From: Heptranchias perlo | Lineage: Eukaryota | Length of the DNA stretch: 64,000 nt | Assembly: GCF_035084215.1 (NCBI RefSeq) | Contig: NC_090356.1 | Coordinates: 10,292,001 to 10,356,000 of the forward strand | Reading direction: 5' to 3' | Shown: piece by piece, positions 51,903 to 64,000 of the stretch | Layout: the number at the start of each line of letters is the position of its first letter | Numbering within the stretch: position 1 is the first letter of the stretch | Made by a program: the position numbers and the translations under genes | The notes under the pieces: model-generated | Told to the model about the DNA's origin: nothing | Database searches by the model: none | Seen by the model: only the letters and a program-made list of their open reading frames with translations

Positions 51903-54900
51903 TTCAAATAAAATCGTTGGACTATAAGTTGGTGTTGTACAATTGTTTCCATTGTCAACCCCAGTCCATCACCGGCATCTCCACACCATGAATGATGCCA
52001 TTGGAGATCTGCTAGAAATTAGGGTGCCAGGAACCATTTTCAAACTGTGGAGAATTAGGATAGAAGATGCAGTGTGCTATTTATAAAATCAGTCCCCCTT
52101 ATATTTTAGAAAATTAGTCCCCTTTACAGTTGTGTGTAATTTCCTTTTATGGTACTTCTATTGCTCCAGAATACAAAAGATGAAAGGCTATTGATCTGAG
52201 GGGAGGCAGCACCCCAAGATCCTTTGCATGTTTTTGTTTGTTCCTCAAAAGGGAATAGTTAGTTATTCAGCATGACATGTTGAGAGAAAACATGTGGGCC
52301 ATGAAAAACATGTCTGCGGTTGCAGTGGACAGCTGCATCTGAAAATGCTGAAACTGTCTGACATAATTTGTGTTTTAGAAGTTGAAAAATGTTACTATGC
52401 ATGATTTACGTTTTCTTTCCCTGGGTATGAATAGGGTATGTTTGGCATTAGTAGTTTGTAGGATGAAAGTTTCCTAAGTGACAGAACTATTACCTACCTG
52501 TAGGGGCTTCTTCGTTCTATAAATTCAGGGGACCCCAAACGCTACGAGCGTACGCTGGCACAGACTTTCTGGGGCGAAATGCTACAGCGCAACCTTCCTT
52601 TGAGACTACGTGATTCCCCAGTCTGTATGAGAGGACCATGTCAATGTAACAGGTTTGTTTTAGTCAAAATAGTACTTGAAGAAAGAGAGCCCTTGAAAAG
52701 GCCTGAGTGGTCAGCCAGGTGGCAGTACAATGTAGGTTGCTTTCAATTCAAAGAATCAAGAACCTATCAAGAAGCTAACTCTTCTTTTTCTGAGCAGAGG
52801 TTCCATCCCTATGGCAGAACCTTATTGTCCAGCGCACTCTAATGTTGACGACATTGAATACCTAATTGATTGATTAGTAGCTCAGTGATATCTGTTCAGT
52901 TGTCAGTTGGATTTCAGCAACTTGTAATAGAGAACGTGTGAAATTTCTGTACTGTACTGAACTGCAAATAATTATCAAATATTGATTGTATTATTCTAAA
53001 TGTGGATTTTGTCTGAAGAGCCCATTTTTTACGCTACACAGTACCAAAGTGAAGCACTGGTGGCGGGACATTTTGAGTTGATGAATTGAAAACATCACAC
53101 CAGAGGAATAATGATACAACATTGAAGCATAATAGCTTCAGAATTGTTTCTTTACTAGCATATTGATACCAATACACTAAGTAAGCCAAGTGACAGTACT
53201 GCAGTAGATCATCCAATTCTCATGCTCACAGTTTTGCTCCAAGCTGCCCTCTGGAAATAGGAAGTCTCTGGGCAGAAATGTCAAGTAGGGTTGAGAAGGA
53301 ACACCAGCTCAGGATAGAAGGATAACAATGCTGATATAAACTTGTAAATAGAGGTGCTGATGGAGTCAAATCACCAGTCACTAGAACCTGGCATGGGTCA
53401 CAGATGTAACCTAAACACTCAAAGCTTTCTGAGCTGGACAAACCCAGAAATTGCAATGAGTGCACTGAAAACAGGCCCAAAGTGATGGGCAGATAGGAAG
53501 GGGCTTGAGAACAAGTCCTGGAATAAACATGCAGTAAAGATCTTATAATCCCTTCACTACTGCAGATTTTACACTCAAAGGAAATCTCCAGTGAAGTAAC
53601 CCAAATCCTCAAAAGTAAGATGCTCCAAATTACAAAAGTTCTAAAAGGGACCAACAGCCAACAGTAGAGTTGATGCAGAGTGAGACAAACAAGAGAACGT
53701 TCCATGAAGGTGACTAGCTGCAGCAATTGAGTGTTGTCTCTATACCGTCTCAATGCTGAGCAATGCCAGATGACAACTCACCTTATGTTGCTTCTTCAGT
53801 CCCTTAGCACTAGCTGGTACTGGGACAACCACCAGCCTCACATCAGTGTAAATGAACTGAAGCCAAAGCAAACAGAAGTCAAAAAATGGACTGGCAAAAA
53901 GATAAAAACAGTTCATTCCTATCCATACCACCAGGGCTGTAACCGCAGCATTACCACTCAAGGTCAGCTAATATTAAAAAGGCTCTGGGTGGCACCAGTT
54001 GAAGGTGACCTTGCGGCCAGCAGTATCTCTAAAGCCGGTGCTGTGTGGTTTTGGACCACCTTGATTGGTGCATGGCCAAATACAGTTCCTTTGTTTGTAC
54101 TCCTCTCTTGACTTAAGGGCCCAAGATGCATGCATGATTACTCTAAAATCTTACTCGTAACTTTCCTATTTTTGCTGTAAACCTTCACTGATGTCAGAAG
54201 ATCTCTACAGGCAAACAATGTTTAAATCTCAGAGCTCAGCCGGAATAAATGACCAATAATACATTTGGGCATCCTTTGCCACTCACAGCATTATGCCTCG
54301 GAAAGCATTCTGCCTCAAGAAGGCAGGGAACCTCCTTTCAAGGCATGCACACCTTCTCTGAAGGCCGCAGCATTGTAATATAAGTGGGGTATCAGGAGAC
54401 ATCACGTCACAACAGAAAAGGATGAATAGTTTAAACCCAGGCAAGGTGAATCAGCTTTGAGTTTTCCACTTTTCACTATTCCTGAGCTTTTCATTTTGTC
54501 TTGGAATTTCCATTTACCATTACTAGTAGCAATTTGTGCTTACCAGTGCTACTTTTTGCTGTGCTTCACTACATAATGGGTATATTTTCAAAAAATAGAG
54601 GCGATGATGATGCTAGACCAGGATTGAAATAGCAACAGCATTACAATAAACAATATATGGTTTCATTAAGCTATACCATTGTAACCACTTGCAAGGCATT
54701 TGATTTCTCAATCAATTGGGAGGTTTTCTATATTAAAAGGTGCTACATAAATGAAAGCTGTTGCAACTAATATTTAAAAATAAGATTTATTCTGAACTTC
54801 GTTCGGTGTGCACAGTGGCAGCTTTCAAACTGGAACTCATTTAATTTCAGTACAATGTGCGTAATCTGTCAAAGTTTTAGATTAGAAGTCATGGCCCGTA

Positions 54901-56320
54901 TCAAAGAGACAATAACCTGCGGCTTCCAATTACAGTACATCTGTTCCAGTGAAAAAACTTGAAAACTGCAAACATAAAACCTATCTTGAGCATAATGTAT
55001 TAGAAATAGTTCCTAAAACATACTGAGTGGCATACTGTCCTTTCACCCCTGACCTTGACAGCAGTAGAAGCACTACAGTTAATCTCGATGTCCCTGAATT
55101 AAATCGGCCAGTGCCCCCATTCCTGATCTCTAGCCAGTGACCCCTGCTGAATAGAGCAGGTGTGTGGACATTGAGGATTGATTGAATCATGCTCAGCTGT
55201 GATGCTTCCCACAGCCAAATCAGCAGCTGATTTTCTAGGCTCACATATTAAATGGTGACTTCGATAAGCTGCTGGAGGGTATCTTCTTTCCCATCTAGAA
55301 GAAGTGGTTTCAGGACAGGAAGGGAGAAAACAGAACAAAATTAGAAGAAATAAAGCGTTTGAACAATTTTGAGCCCTTGTTCCTAGTGATGTGGATCCAC
55401 AGCTCAGTACAAGTTAGCATTTATGCACAGAAGGTAGGGTGGACAGTGACAAGTGTAAAATTCACACTGGTGCAGCATTCGAAGGCTGGAATTAAGCAAT
55501 GTTGTTCAGACAGCAGTGCAGGGCTTTACTCTGCATTTAGCTGTGTTATATCAACTTCACAATTTCTGACGTGGACACTAGCTGCCATTCAGCTGCATTA
55601 ATATCTAACCTCAATGAGCACAAAATTCACCATAATAAATTTAAAAACATGAAACTAATAACCTGAAAAGACAATATGTGGCTCCACAATAACCTTAAAT
55701 CAGTGCTGAAACTTTGGGGGATTACATTAATGTGAAAAACTTCCAGTTTCAAACCAAAAAAACTCAATCATCTTTACATGATTCAGGATTAGAAATTAAC
55801 ACAGTGAAGACAAGGAAAAAGTCCAAGACTCCAAATTTGGCTTTCTGCCCAAAATTCTTTAACATGCCAGCAGAAAATGTGTTGAGGTAGTAGGTTTTTC
55901 TGGTATACTGGAGAGAATGCCAAATGACAATTTACTGCATTCTATTATATGATTACTAGACATAACAACATTCTAATGTTGCATTATCATTTAAGCACTG
56001 CGATATTTTCTGGGAATCAAACTGCAAAATATTTCAATAAACTGGAAGTAATTAAGTCAATTATGATTATTACACATTAACTGCATGGAGGCGATGTCAT
56101 CACAATACCGATTACTGAAGGGGAAAGAGCAACATTGAAATGATTTCAAGGCCATAATCTTAAATCAGGGGTCAAGAGAGTGCTAAAGATGGCTTAAGTT
56201 ACACTTGAAGTTTATGACATCATCTGAACTCCTTGACAAGACTGCTGCCTTGTAATCTTGGCATCCATTCTTGTTTTTTTTAAACATCATTCAGAAAATC
56301 AATCATGAAATACTACTTGC

Positions 56321-56621
56321 CTCCAGGCCTGTAGACAACATCATCCTCTGTTACAAATGAAGTTATATCACCAGTCTCTGCTCTCTCATAACGCGATTTC
56401 TTTTTAGGTGGTTTCTTTATTTTTGACTTTTTCCCAGACTCCTCATTAGTAGCACTATCTTTGTCATTTTCTTCATCTTCAGTGTGGTCGCTTTCTGCAT
56501 AATTCTTAGCACCTCCTTCTAAAGTGCAGCTGCGGCGCGGCCTGGAATGTTCATTCTCTCGTTTATCCCTCCTATCTCTCTCCTTGTCCCGATCGCGGTC
56601 TTTCTCTTTATCTGCTGTCAT
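56321..56621 (-). CDS. RERE: RERE / atrophin-2, first coding exon (aa 1-100 plus 1 nt)
   Basis: Translates [53 protein letters not shown]...[32 protein letters not shown], which I recognise as the vertebrate RERE N-terminus. ATG is at 56621-56619. The exon ends in phase 1 at G|GCAAGT. Confidence 0.97.
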
Positions 56622-56766
56622 GATTCGCCACGTTCCTTCCTCTGTCCTCTCACGGCTTGGCCTCCGTGAAAGGTAGACAGTAAGCCTGGGCTTCAGTCTT
56701 CTGAATTTAATGCTCAATTCCAGGAAAAATCCGGCCACTCCAATAACCCCAAAATGTTAGAAAAGG
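56622..56766 (-). other. RERE: 5' UTR portion of the RERE first coding exon (145 nt)
   Basis: Strong acceptor on the minus strand (tttctcttttgtttatttttccAG, with AG at 56768-56767). No ATG in the 145 nt before the start codon. Confidence 0.85.
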
Positions 56767-57458
56767 CTGGAAAAATAAACAAAAGAGAAACAGATTACAA
56801 AATTATGTTCAAAAATTACTGAGTTCTAAATACATGCTTACCCACTTTGTTTTGTTGAAGAGGAGCAGGAAAGAAAGGCGAAGTTGAGCAAACGAAAAGA
56901 TATGCTACCCCGCCATGTACCTTAAACGAGCTTTGTCAGTTAAAACTCCCCATTTTTCACACCAGCCCAAGTACCAACGATGATCAAGGTGGAGATCATT
57001 CAGGTAAACTATTGAGCTGTACAAGAGGACCCCATAACATTCTACTTTTCCCTTCCTCCCTACTGATCAATGCATCATCTTCATTCTGCTTCACAACAGT
57101 GATAAAGATTAGGAACTCAGCAAAATAAAAGGACCAAAGTTGTGTTCCAGCTCTCCTTTGCAAAGTGTGCTTACACATTAATCCACAGCACCACATTCCT
57201 ACAGCAATCAGACCTCAATGTTGCTAATCACAGCGCAGATCATTACCAATAAAAATTTTACACTCTTGCCAAATTCTAACCACTGCCTAAACATGATTTG
57301 GTGGTAGAGTCTGGTAATGGTCTATTTGATTCCACTGTCACACAGAATAAGTGTGGGGGAAATAGTCATTATGTTAATCTAATAAAAGTTTATATAGTAC
57401 TCCCTTTGGTTCTATTTTAATCGTGCTCAGATTTTATCATAGGCTAACAGTGTTGTGC

Positions 57459-57922
57459 TGTCACCTATAGTTACAGTCAGCTTGGTCGCATTCTCACCCA
57501 AGTCAGTAGGTCATGGGTTCAAACATCACACCAGGACTTGAGTATGTGGTCCAAGCTGAAACTTAGAAGGGTGTGCTGCATTGTCAGAGATGCCATCCTT
57601 CAAAGGACAGGTTAAAACAACAACCTGTCTGCCTATTTCAGTACTTCAAGTGCATAATAAAGATCCCATGGTACTATTTGAAAAGGAGCAGGGAGTTCTT
57701 CCAGAGCCCTGACCAACATTCTTCCCTCAAACCAACACCACCAAAACTAGATTAACTACTCATCTCATTGCTGTTTGTGAAACATTGCAGTGCACAAAAT
57801 GGCTGCTGCATTCATATACATAACAGTGACCTCATTTCAAAAGTGATTCATTGTATGTGAAGTGGTTTGAAACTTTACTGAGAGATGCGATAAGGCAGTA
57901 TATAAATGAACATGCATTCTTT
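57459..57922 (+). mobile_element. DeuSINE (SacSINE1-like) copy, diverged
   Basis: GGGTTCAAAC head, GTGCTGCATTGTCAGAG, AAAGATCCCATGG, CTCATTGCTGTTTGTG core, TATATAAATG tail. Confidence 0.82.
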
Positions 57923-60685
57923 CCAATTGTGTTGAAAAGCCTGTTCTTGTACTTCCATGAAGGAACTAACTAGATACCTGCCATCTTATGACTAGATGAG
58001 CAGGCCTTTTCAGGTTCAACATGTATTCTGGCTTTGTGCAAGCCCATGTGAAGTGAGGGTTCTGGGATCCTTGACATCCTGTATTATAGCATCTCTCTAT
58101 TGGTCTGTTGAGAACTCTGCAGTTAATGAATACTGCCTCTACTGATTAAAAAAAAAATGTTCTTATGGAGCTGAATTACTACCAATTGCCAGATTTTTTT
58201 TTGTTTCAAATACGAGGAAGACTGGCAGTTATAATACATTTATGTAATACAATCATCACAAGGCATTTTAGTGATCTTGTTTCCATCCCGTACAATTTTA
58301 TCCCCGCACCGCCCCAAGAAGTCCACTCTTTGCTGGGATGGTTCCATGGATCACGGGCATCCTCCAGTGCCTCATCCAATTTGCTATTAAACATATGTGA
58401 GCTTTGACAATGAAAGTCAGCAGGCTATTAAATCACTGGGGCCATCACATTGTTCAAGATTTTACCTAGTCATGAATATGTTAAGTACTTACTATTACCA
58501 GATACGACATATGTATTATAATAAAGTTCATGAATTCAGTATTAAGGCTGACGGATGACTCACGTAATGGTCACAGCATGGGTTTCAAAGATTCAAATTT
58601 ACACAGTTAAACAACTTCTAACCCATTTTGAAGTGGAATTTTCTGAAACAATATACGTTATAGGACTAATTTGTTAAACTCGCCTCACCTATTTAGCTCA
58701 GTTTCAGAAATATTTCAAACCAGAGGGAAATACAATCTGCAAAGTTTTCAGAAGCCTTCATCACATTTCTATACAATCCATACTTAAGTCTGTAATCCTA
58801 TTTTTCCATTTCCTGTAAAACTCTACATTATTGCACTCACGCTTTCCAAGAGTAAAGAAAAAGGTCATATTTTATAAACTTTCAACCACTGCTCAGCCTG
58901 TTGAAAAGAACTTGGTCATACATTCACCATTTGAAAGAAATCAAAATACACCAGCTGTTGAGAGCTGAGCAGAACAGGTAAATAAAAATATACTATGAAC
59001 ATAAATATACTTTATTTGTTAAACATATATGGAGACACCAAAATAAATCTACCTTGGCATATTCTTTAAAGCTTCTGGAGTCATAATATCAAGGACAGAA
59101 ATTACTGGTATCACACAGCCATTTTCAAAACAAAAATCTACTTACTGCAGTGCATTGTTGAATGTCAGACAAAGAATGGGATTTAAATATAATTGAATGA
59201 TTCGGATTCAGTGTGTTTATTAAATTGGTGCATAGAACTCTGTGACTGGCATGCATTGCTACATCATGTTTTTGGTAATCACATTTTGAGATAAGTTCCA
59301 TCTCTGAATATGCATGTAAGGAGTGTTGGGGCTTTTTTCCTTTTGAATGTTGTAAATAGCATCTCTGACACCAAAACTGAGGAACTATAAAAGGAACCAA
59401 CTATACAAATAGAATCCAAGCAAGTGTTCACATGTTTCTTATCATTTCTTTAATTTATAATTTTCAGTAATAGAATTAATGTTTCCTTTCCTCCTCAATA
59501 TTGTTTGGTCAGGAGAATGGGGGAATCCAGTCCAAAAACTCCAAGGCTGAAATCAACAAAAACACTTTTCAGCTGGAACCAAAGGGATCCCTTCCTGAAT
59601 CATTTTCTTCTCTCCAGCCAATTTTACCCTCAAAGGGAATGCCAAACACAAATGGCAACCGAGACAGTACAACGTTCTAGTTTTGGAACTATCAGGCCTT
59701 ATAAAATTGAAACAATGTAATTATTGAACAATGTCTGTGGCAGAACCGAAGTTCCAATTCAGAAAACTAAGAAAACTCAGTCAGACAGTTAAAGACCCCG
59801 ACCTCATCCAGCAGCAAGTAAATGTGGGGACAAATAGCAATGCCGATCAATATAAAATTTTAGTGATGTCCATTTCTTAGCGATTAGATGCATATTCATT
59901 TGAATCAGATTTAAAATGCCTGTGCCAAGCAGTGTTTATAGAAGTCTGATCTTTTCATTAATTTTAATGATTCACAAGGGTCGTAGAGTTTCCAGTGAAT
60001 ATTACTATCTGGCAGACTATCCCTTTTATTCTGGAAAATAACTAACAAAGCAGCTGGCTGTGTCGAACATAATCCAGACCGATTTTATCTGCATCGCTCA
60101 CAATCTCGGCAGGTCTACCAAAATTTATCATTCCTTACTTAAGTTAGTGTTACACATTTTACACCATTTTGTCATAGGCTTGCCTGGAACAAATTTTTAC
60201 AGCCCGTTAAATGACAGAAAGTAGTGTGTATTTATATTGCTAAAATAAATTGTGGGATATTTGAAGGCAACAGGGGGTACAGCTGGTAAAGGAGGGCCCG
60301 GGTGCAATAAAAAAAGAATCAATGTAAACAGACACCACCTCAGTGAAGAAATTTTCAAAACTATTTTTTTTCAGTACTTGAGTATGTTTTTTTCTTACAA
60401 TTACTGCTCGAGCAGAACATGTTCTGTTTAACCATGACTTTATAAACAAACCATGTGATGCAATATATCGTGCATTACCACATATTGAATGGCCTTTCTT
60501 CCACTATTGCTGGGTGGTAAGAACTCCAGTATATTTAATAGCATGTATGGGGAAAAGGGGTGGGAAGGAAATTGATCAGGATTTCATAAAAACTGGAGGA
60601 AGAGTTTATCCAGTGAATAGCTATGCCATACAATCAAAGATCCCAGGTTCAATCCCTCTTCTCTGCTGAACTGGTTAATTTCAAC

Positions 60686-61602
60686 TTTTTTTTATTATTC
60701 ATTCATAGGATGTGGGCGTCGCTGGCATGGCCAGCATTTATTGCCCATCCCTAATTGCCCTTGAGAAGGTGGTGGTGAGCCGCCTTCTTGAACCGGTACA
60801 GTCCGTGTGGGGAAGGTTCTCCCACAGTGCCGTGAGGTAGGGAGTTCCAGGATTTTGACCCAGCGACGATGAAGGAAAGGCGATAGATTTCCAAATCGGG
60901 ATGGTGTGTGACTTGGAAGGGAACGTGCAGGTGGTGTTGTTCCCATGTGCCTGCTGCCCTTGTCCTTCTAGGTGGTAGAGGTCGCTGGTTTGGGAGGTGC
61001 TGTCGAAGAAGCCGTGGCGAGTTGCTTCAGTGCATCCTGTCGATGGTACACACTGCAGCCACGGTGCACCGGTGGTGAAGGGAGTGAATGTTTAGGGTGT
61101 TGGATGGGGTGCCAATCAAGCGGGCTGTTTTGTCCTGGATGGTGTCGAGCTTCTTGAGTGTTGTTGGAGCTGCACTCATCCAGGCAAGTGGGAGAGTATT
61201 CCATCACACTCCTGACTTGTGCCTTGTAGATGGTGGAAAGACTTTGGGGAGTCAGGAGATGAGTCACTCGCTGCAGAATACCAGCCTCTGACCTGCTCTT
61301 GTAGCCACAGTATTTATGTGGCTGGTCCAGTTAAGTTTGTAGTCAACGGTGACCCCCAGGATGTTGATGGTGGGGGATTCGCGATGGTAATGCCGTTGAA
61401 TGTCAAGGGGAGGTGGTTAAACTTTCTCTTGTTGGAGATGGTCATTGCCTGGCACGAATGTTACTTGCCACTTATCAGCCCAAGCCTGGATGTTGTCCAG
61501 GTCTTGCTGCATGTGGGCACGGACTGCTTCATTATCTGAGGGGTTGCGAATGGAACTGAACACTGTGCAATCATCAGTGAACATCCCCATTTCTGACCTT
61601 AT
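60686..61602 (-). mobile_element. Young 5'-truncated CR1/Jockey-group LINE (second family; poly-A tail)
   Basis: ORF fragments EMGMFTDDCTVF...MQQDLDNIQAWADKWQVTF and LSTIYKAQVRSVMEYSP. The 3' end reads GGGCAATAAATGCTGGCC...ATGAATGAATAATAAAAAAAA on the minus strand. CpG-rich, which suggests a recent insertion. Confidence 0.88.
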
Positions 61603-62589
61603 AACTGGAGCAGCAAAAAGGATATTACAATTAGCCTGTGGGTGATGATGGAAGAAGGAAACGGTGAAGAAAAAGGGAAAAAATGGGCAGGATTCCTGCT
61701 CTTGCTCACTATCCATGAATGCCTCTTCAAAGTGCATGGCTGCATCATTGAGTGAGAACAGGACCGGGGTTGGATATGGTGCCCCTTTGGTAGAATACAA
61801 TGTCAATATTAACTGCCAAGACCTGCATATGAATAAGAAGTACCTGGGTAAGGTAGTAGAGAACAAGTGTCACAATCATAGTTCAATCTGTGGAATCATA
61901 TTCCAGCAGGGGCTCAACACCTTCATGAATAGAGAAGGGAGAAAAGTGGTAGAAAAAAATGGATAAGTCTCAAACTCATACTTGTTATTGGATTATGCAG
62001 TAGGTTAAATATTTCATTAATATTTTCCAGGTGTTCAGAAAACCTTGGCCAAATTCTTCCTTCGCCATTATATTTAACCAATAGCCATTTAATGTCTTGC
62101 CTACAATGTATAGCAATATCACTGATATGTCAATTTAATGTAACCATTGCAGTCTTTATTGTAAATTTTAGCATACTTGTTTAATCTACATCAACCACAG
62201 TTTTGTACCCTACTCTCAGGAGCCCTTTTCGGTTTGCTTGCAAACACAAAGTTGATATTTTTTGTACAATGAAACTGTATTACACTCCAGTGATATACAA
62301 ATATATCCCATTGTGTGATATCAAAATAGAATGATTTCACCCTTCCCTGATACTTCGTTAGGAATTTTTTTTTAATGCTCGAGTCAAGACCTCCTTCAAC
62401 TGCACAGAAAATGAGTAATTAGCAATTGCTTTCTCATTTAGTGTAAACAACCACTATGTGGTTTTGGTTCTCCACGAATTAATTGTATGTAGTGAAATCA
62501 AGCACTAAAAACCTAAACAACTAAATATGATACCTGGATCAGTATTTGCATATTGAAAAGCAAAAATTCAGAAGTGAGTTGTGGGGGAG

Positions 62590-62892
62590 TCCAAAACTGG
62601 GGGCTATAAATATAAGATGGTCACCAATAAATCCAATAAGGAATTCAGGAAAAACTTCTTTACTCAGAGTGGTTAGAATGTTGAACTTGCTGCCTTGTGG
62701 AGCAGTTGAGGTGAACAGCAAAGATGCATTTAAAGGGAAGCTAGATAAGTACATGGAGAAAGCAACAGAAAGATATGTTGATAGGGTGAGATGAAGTAAG
62801 ATCGGAGGAGGCTCATGTGGAATATAAACATCGGCATAGACCTGCTGGGCCACAGGTGCTGTTTCTGTGCTGTAAATACTAGGTAATACTAT
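62590..62892 (+). mobile_element. CR1 3' fragment
   Basis: AACTTCTTTACTCAGAGTGGTTAGAATG...GCATTTAAAGGGAAGCTAGATAAGTACATG...GACCTGCTGGGCC...GTTTCTGTGCTGTAA. Confidence 0.78.
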
Positions 62893-64000
62893 GTCAATGA
62901 AATTCCATGCTTTGAGCATTAATCTACTATCAATTGAATGGAACTGAACCATTATAACAGTTTGTCTTTCCAAATTAAAGCAATGAACATGAAGACATTT
63001 GAATTATTTGCATGAGTATTAAGTCAGAGTCACACATCCCTAGTTTATTGGTGAAAGTAGTATTTAAGAGCAAGACAAACCCTCAATTTAAGACTCCCAC
63101 AATCTCTTAGTTTGGGGATTTTAAAAATGGTGGCCATTTAAGCTTTGAAAAGCAGTTCAAAATGTTGAGTACTGAAGCATTTTCCTCCATCAAATCTAAG
63201 AATTTAATAGATCATTTGTATTTGGTGGGGTCCTCCTCATTCTTTTAACACATTCACATTCTTTGAATACCCTTCACACTCCATGTAGAACTCAGAACAT
63301 CTGAACGTAGAGTGCAAATGGCACGTCATAAACTAGGAATCCAAGCTATGTGGCTAACTTTTTACAATTTTTTTTTAGGATCAAAGGCAATAATGCAGGC
63401 CCTCACAAAGACAAAGGTAATATATCTTTCTTCATCATTCAGTCATTCTTAATATACTGTAAAATGCTAACCTAGAAGCATTCATTTGAGAGGGAAAATT
63501 TTTACCTTTGATCTGGCCTAAAGGCCCACATGTATAGTCAGACCATAGGATTAACAGTGCTGCAACGTGAAGATGGGAATGCCCAGGAGACTGCCTTATA
63601 TGTAATTATATGGCAACTTCAGTCTACTCCTCTTAATTCAAAGTCACAATTTAAAGTAGCTTATATTTTACATTTTTCAACACTGCTGTTACTTAAATTG
63701 CTCTATTCAAATTATTGGATAATTATTTTTTTTAAGTGCAGATGAGCTTCAACTATCCTAAACTGTAAGCTGCTCGCCAATGCTTACAATAAAATATATC
63801 CTACAAACTGCTGAACATGACGACAATAAATTGGTTTACTCCATTGGGATATCCTGAGGATGTGACAAGTTGCTGTATAAATGCAATTTTTTTTCTTCTT
63901 TTATTCAATATCCCAAAAGAATCTTTTTAAAAAGTCCTCAGTTTATGAATATCTTGGGTTTTGTCCACCTAGGAAGAGCTTAGTTTATATTGCATTCCAA

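Larger units (their letters stand above)
50918..51983. mobile_element. Palindromic Penelope-like element insertion #6 (about 510-bp arms, includes GIY-YIG endonuclease C-terminus)
   Basis: Arms at about 50916-51426 and 51445-51952; 13-bp TSD CACCATGAATGAT at 50905-50917 and 51984-51996. Each arm holds the ORF 3' end, 3' UTR and a hammerhead motif. Confidence 0.94.

Noticed and set aside
50962-51958. Paired near-identical ORFs (107 and 110 aa; 61 and 65 aa) as duplicated small genes
   Set aside because: They are antisense readings of the PLE 3' UTR/pLTR, mirrored by the palindrome.
53226-54111. 175-aa and 126-aa ORFs as genes
   Set aside because: No recognisable domain or splice structure, and they overlap on opposite strands. 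Likely chance ORFs or very old repeat remnants.
56313-56738. The 141-aa ORF as a complete protein
   Set aside because: It is a spliced exon of RERE; the ORF caller started at a GTG and ran past the GC donor.

Overview
AT-rich eukaryotic (vertebrate) genomic DNA. The repeat content (DeuSINE/SacSINE1-like SINEs, CR1 and L2 LINEs, Penelope-like elements) points to a cartilaginous fish such as a shark; this is an inference. The window lies inside the RERE (atrophin-2) gene on the minus strand. The first coding exon is 56321-56766 (ATG at 56621), followed by a 33.6-kb GC-AG intron and a 71-nt BAH-domain exon at 22647-22717. I did not find the next expected exon (SKRDHLLMNVKWYY...) in the window. 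The rest is intronic, and most entries in the ORF track are spurious or decayed LINE fragments. The most striking structure is a set of six young palindromic insertions of a Penelope-like retroelement (PLE). Each has a perfect 11-14-bp target-site duplication (TSD), a fixed short-arm start and a 31-41-nt one-sided tail. Five of the six carry a minimal hammerhead ribozyme motif on both strands, with a compensatory base-pair change between subfamilies. In two of the six, the loop between the arms is a copy of nearby host DNA (148 bp and about 20 bp), taken from the same side relative to the element. A CR1 copy also carries a (GGTTAG)3 plus snap-back repair scar. Coordinates of old repeats are approximate, and no database searches were run.
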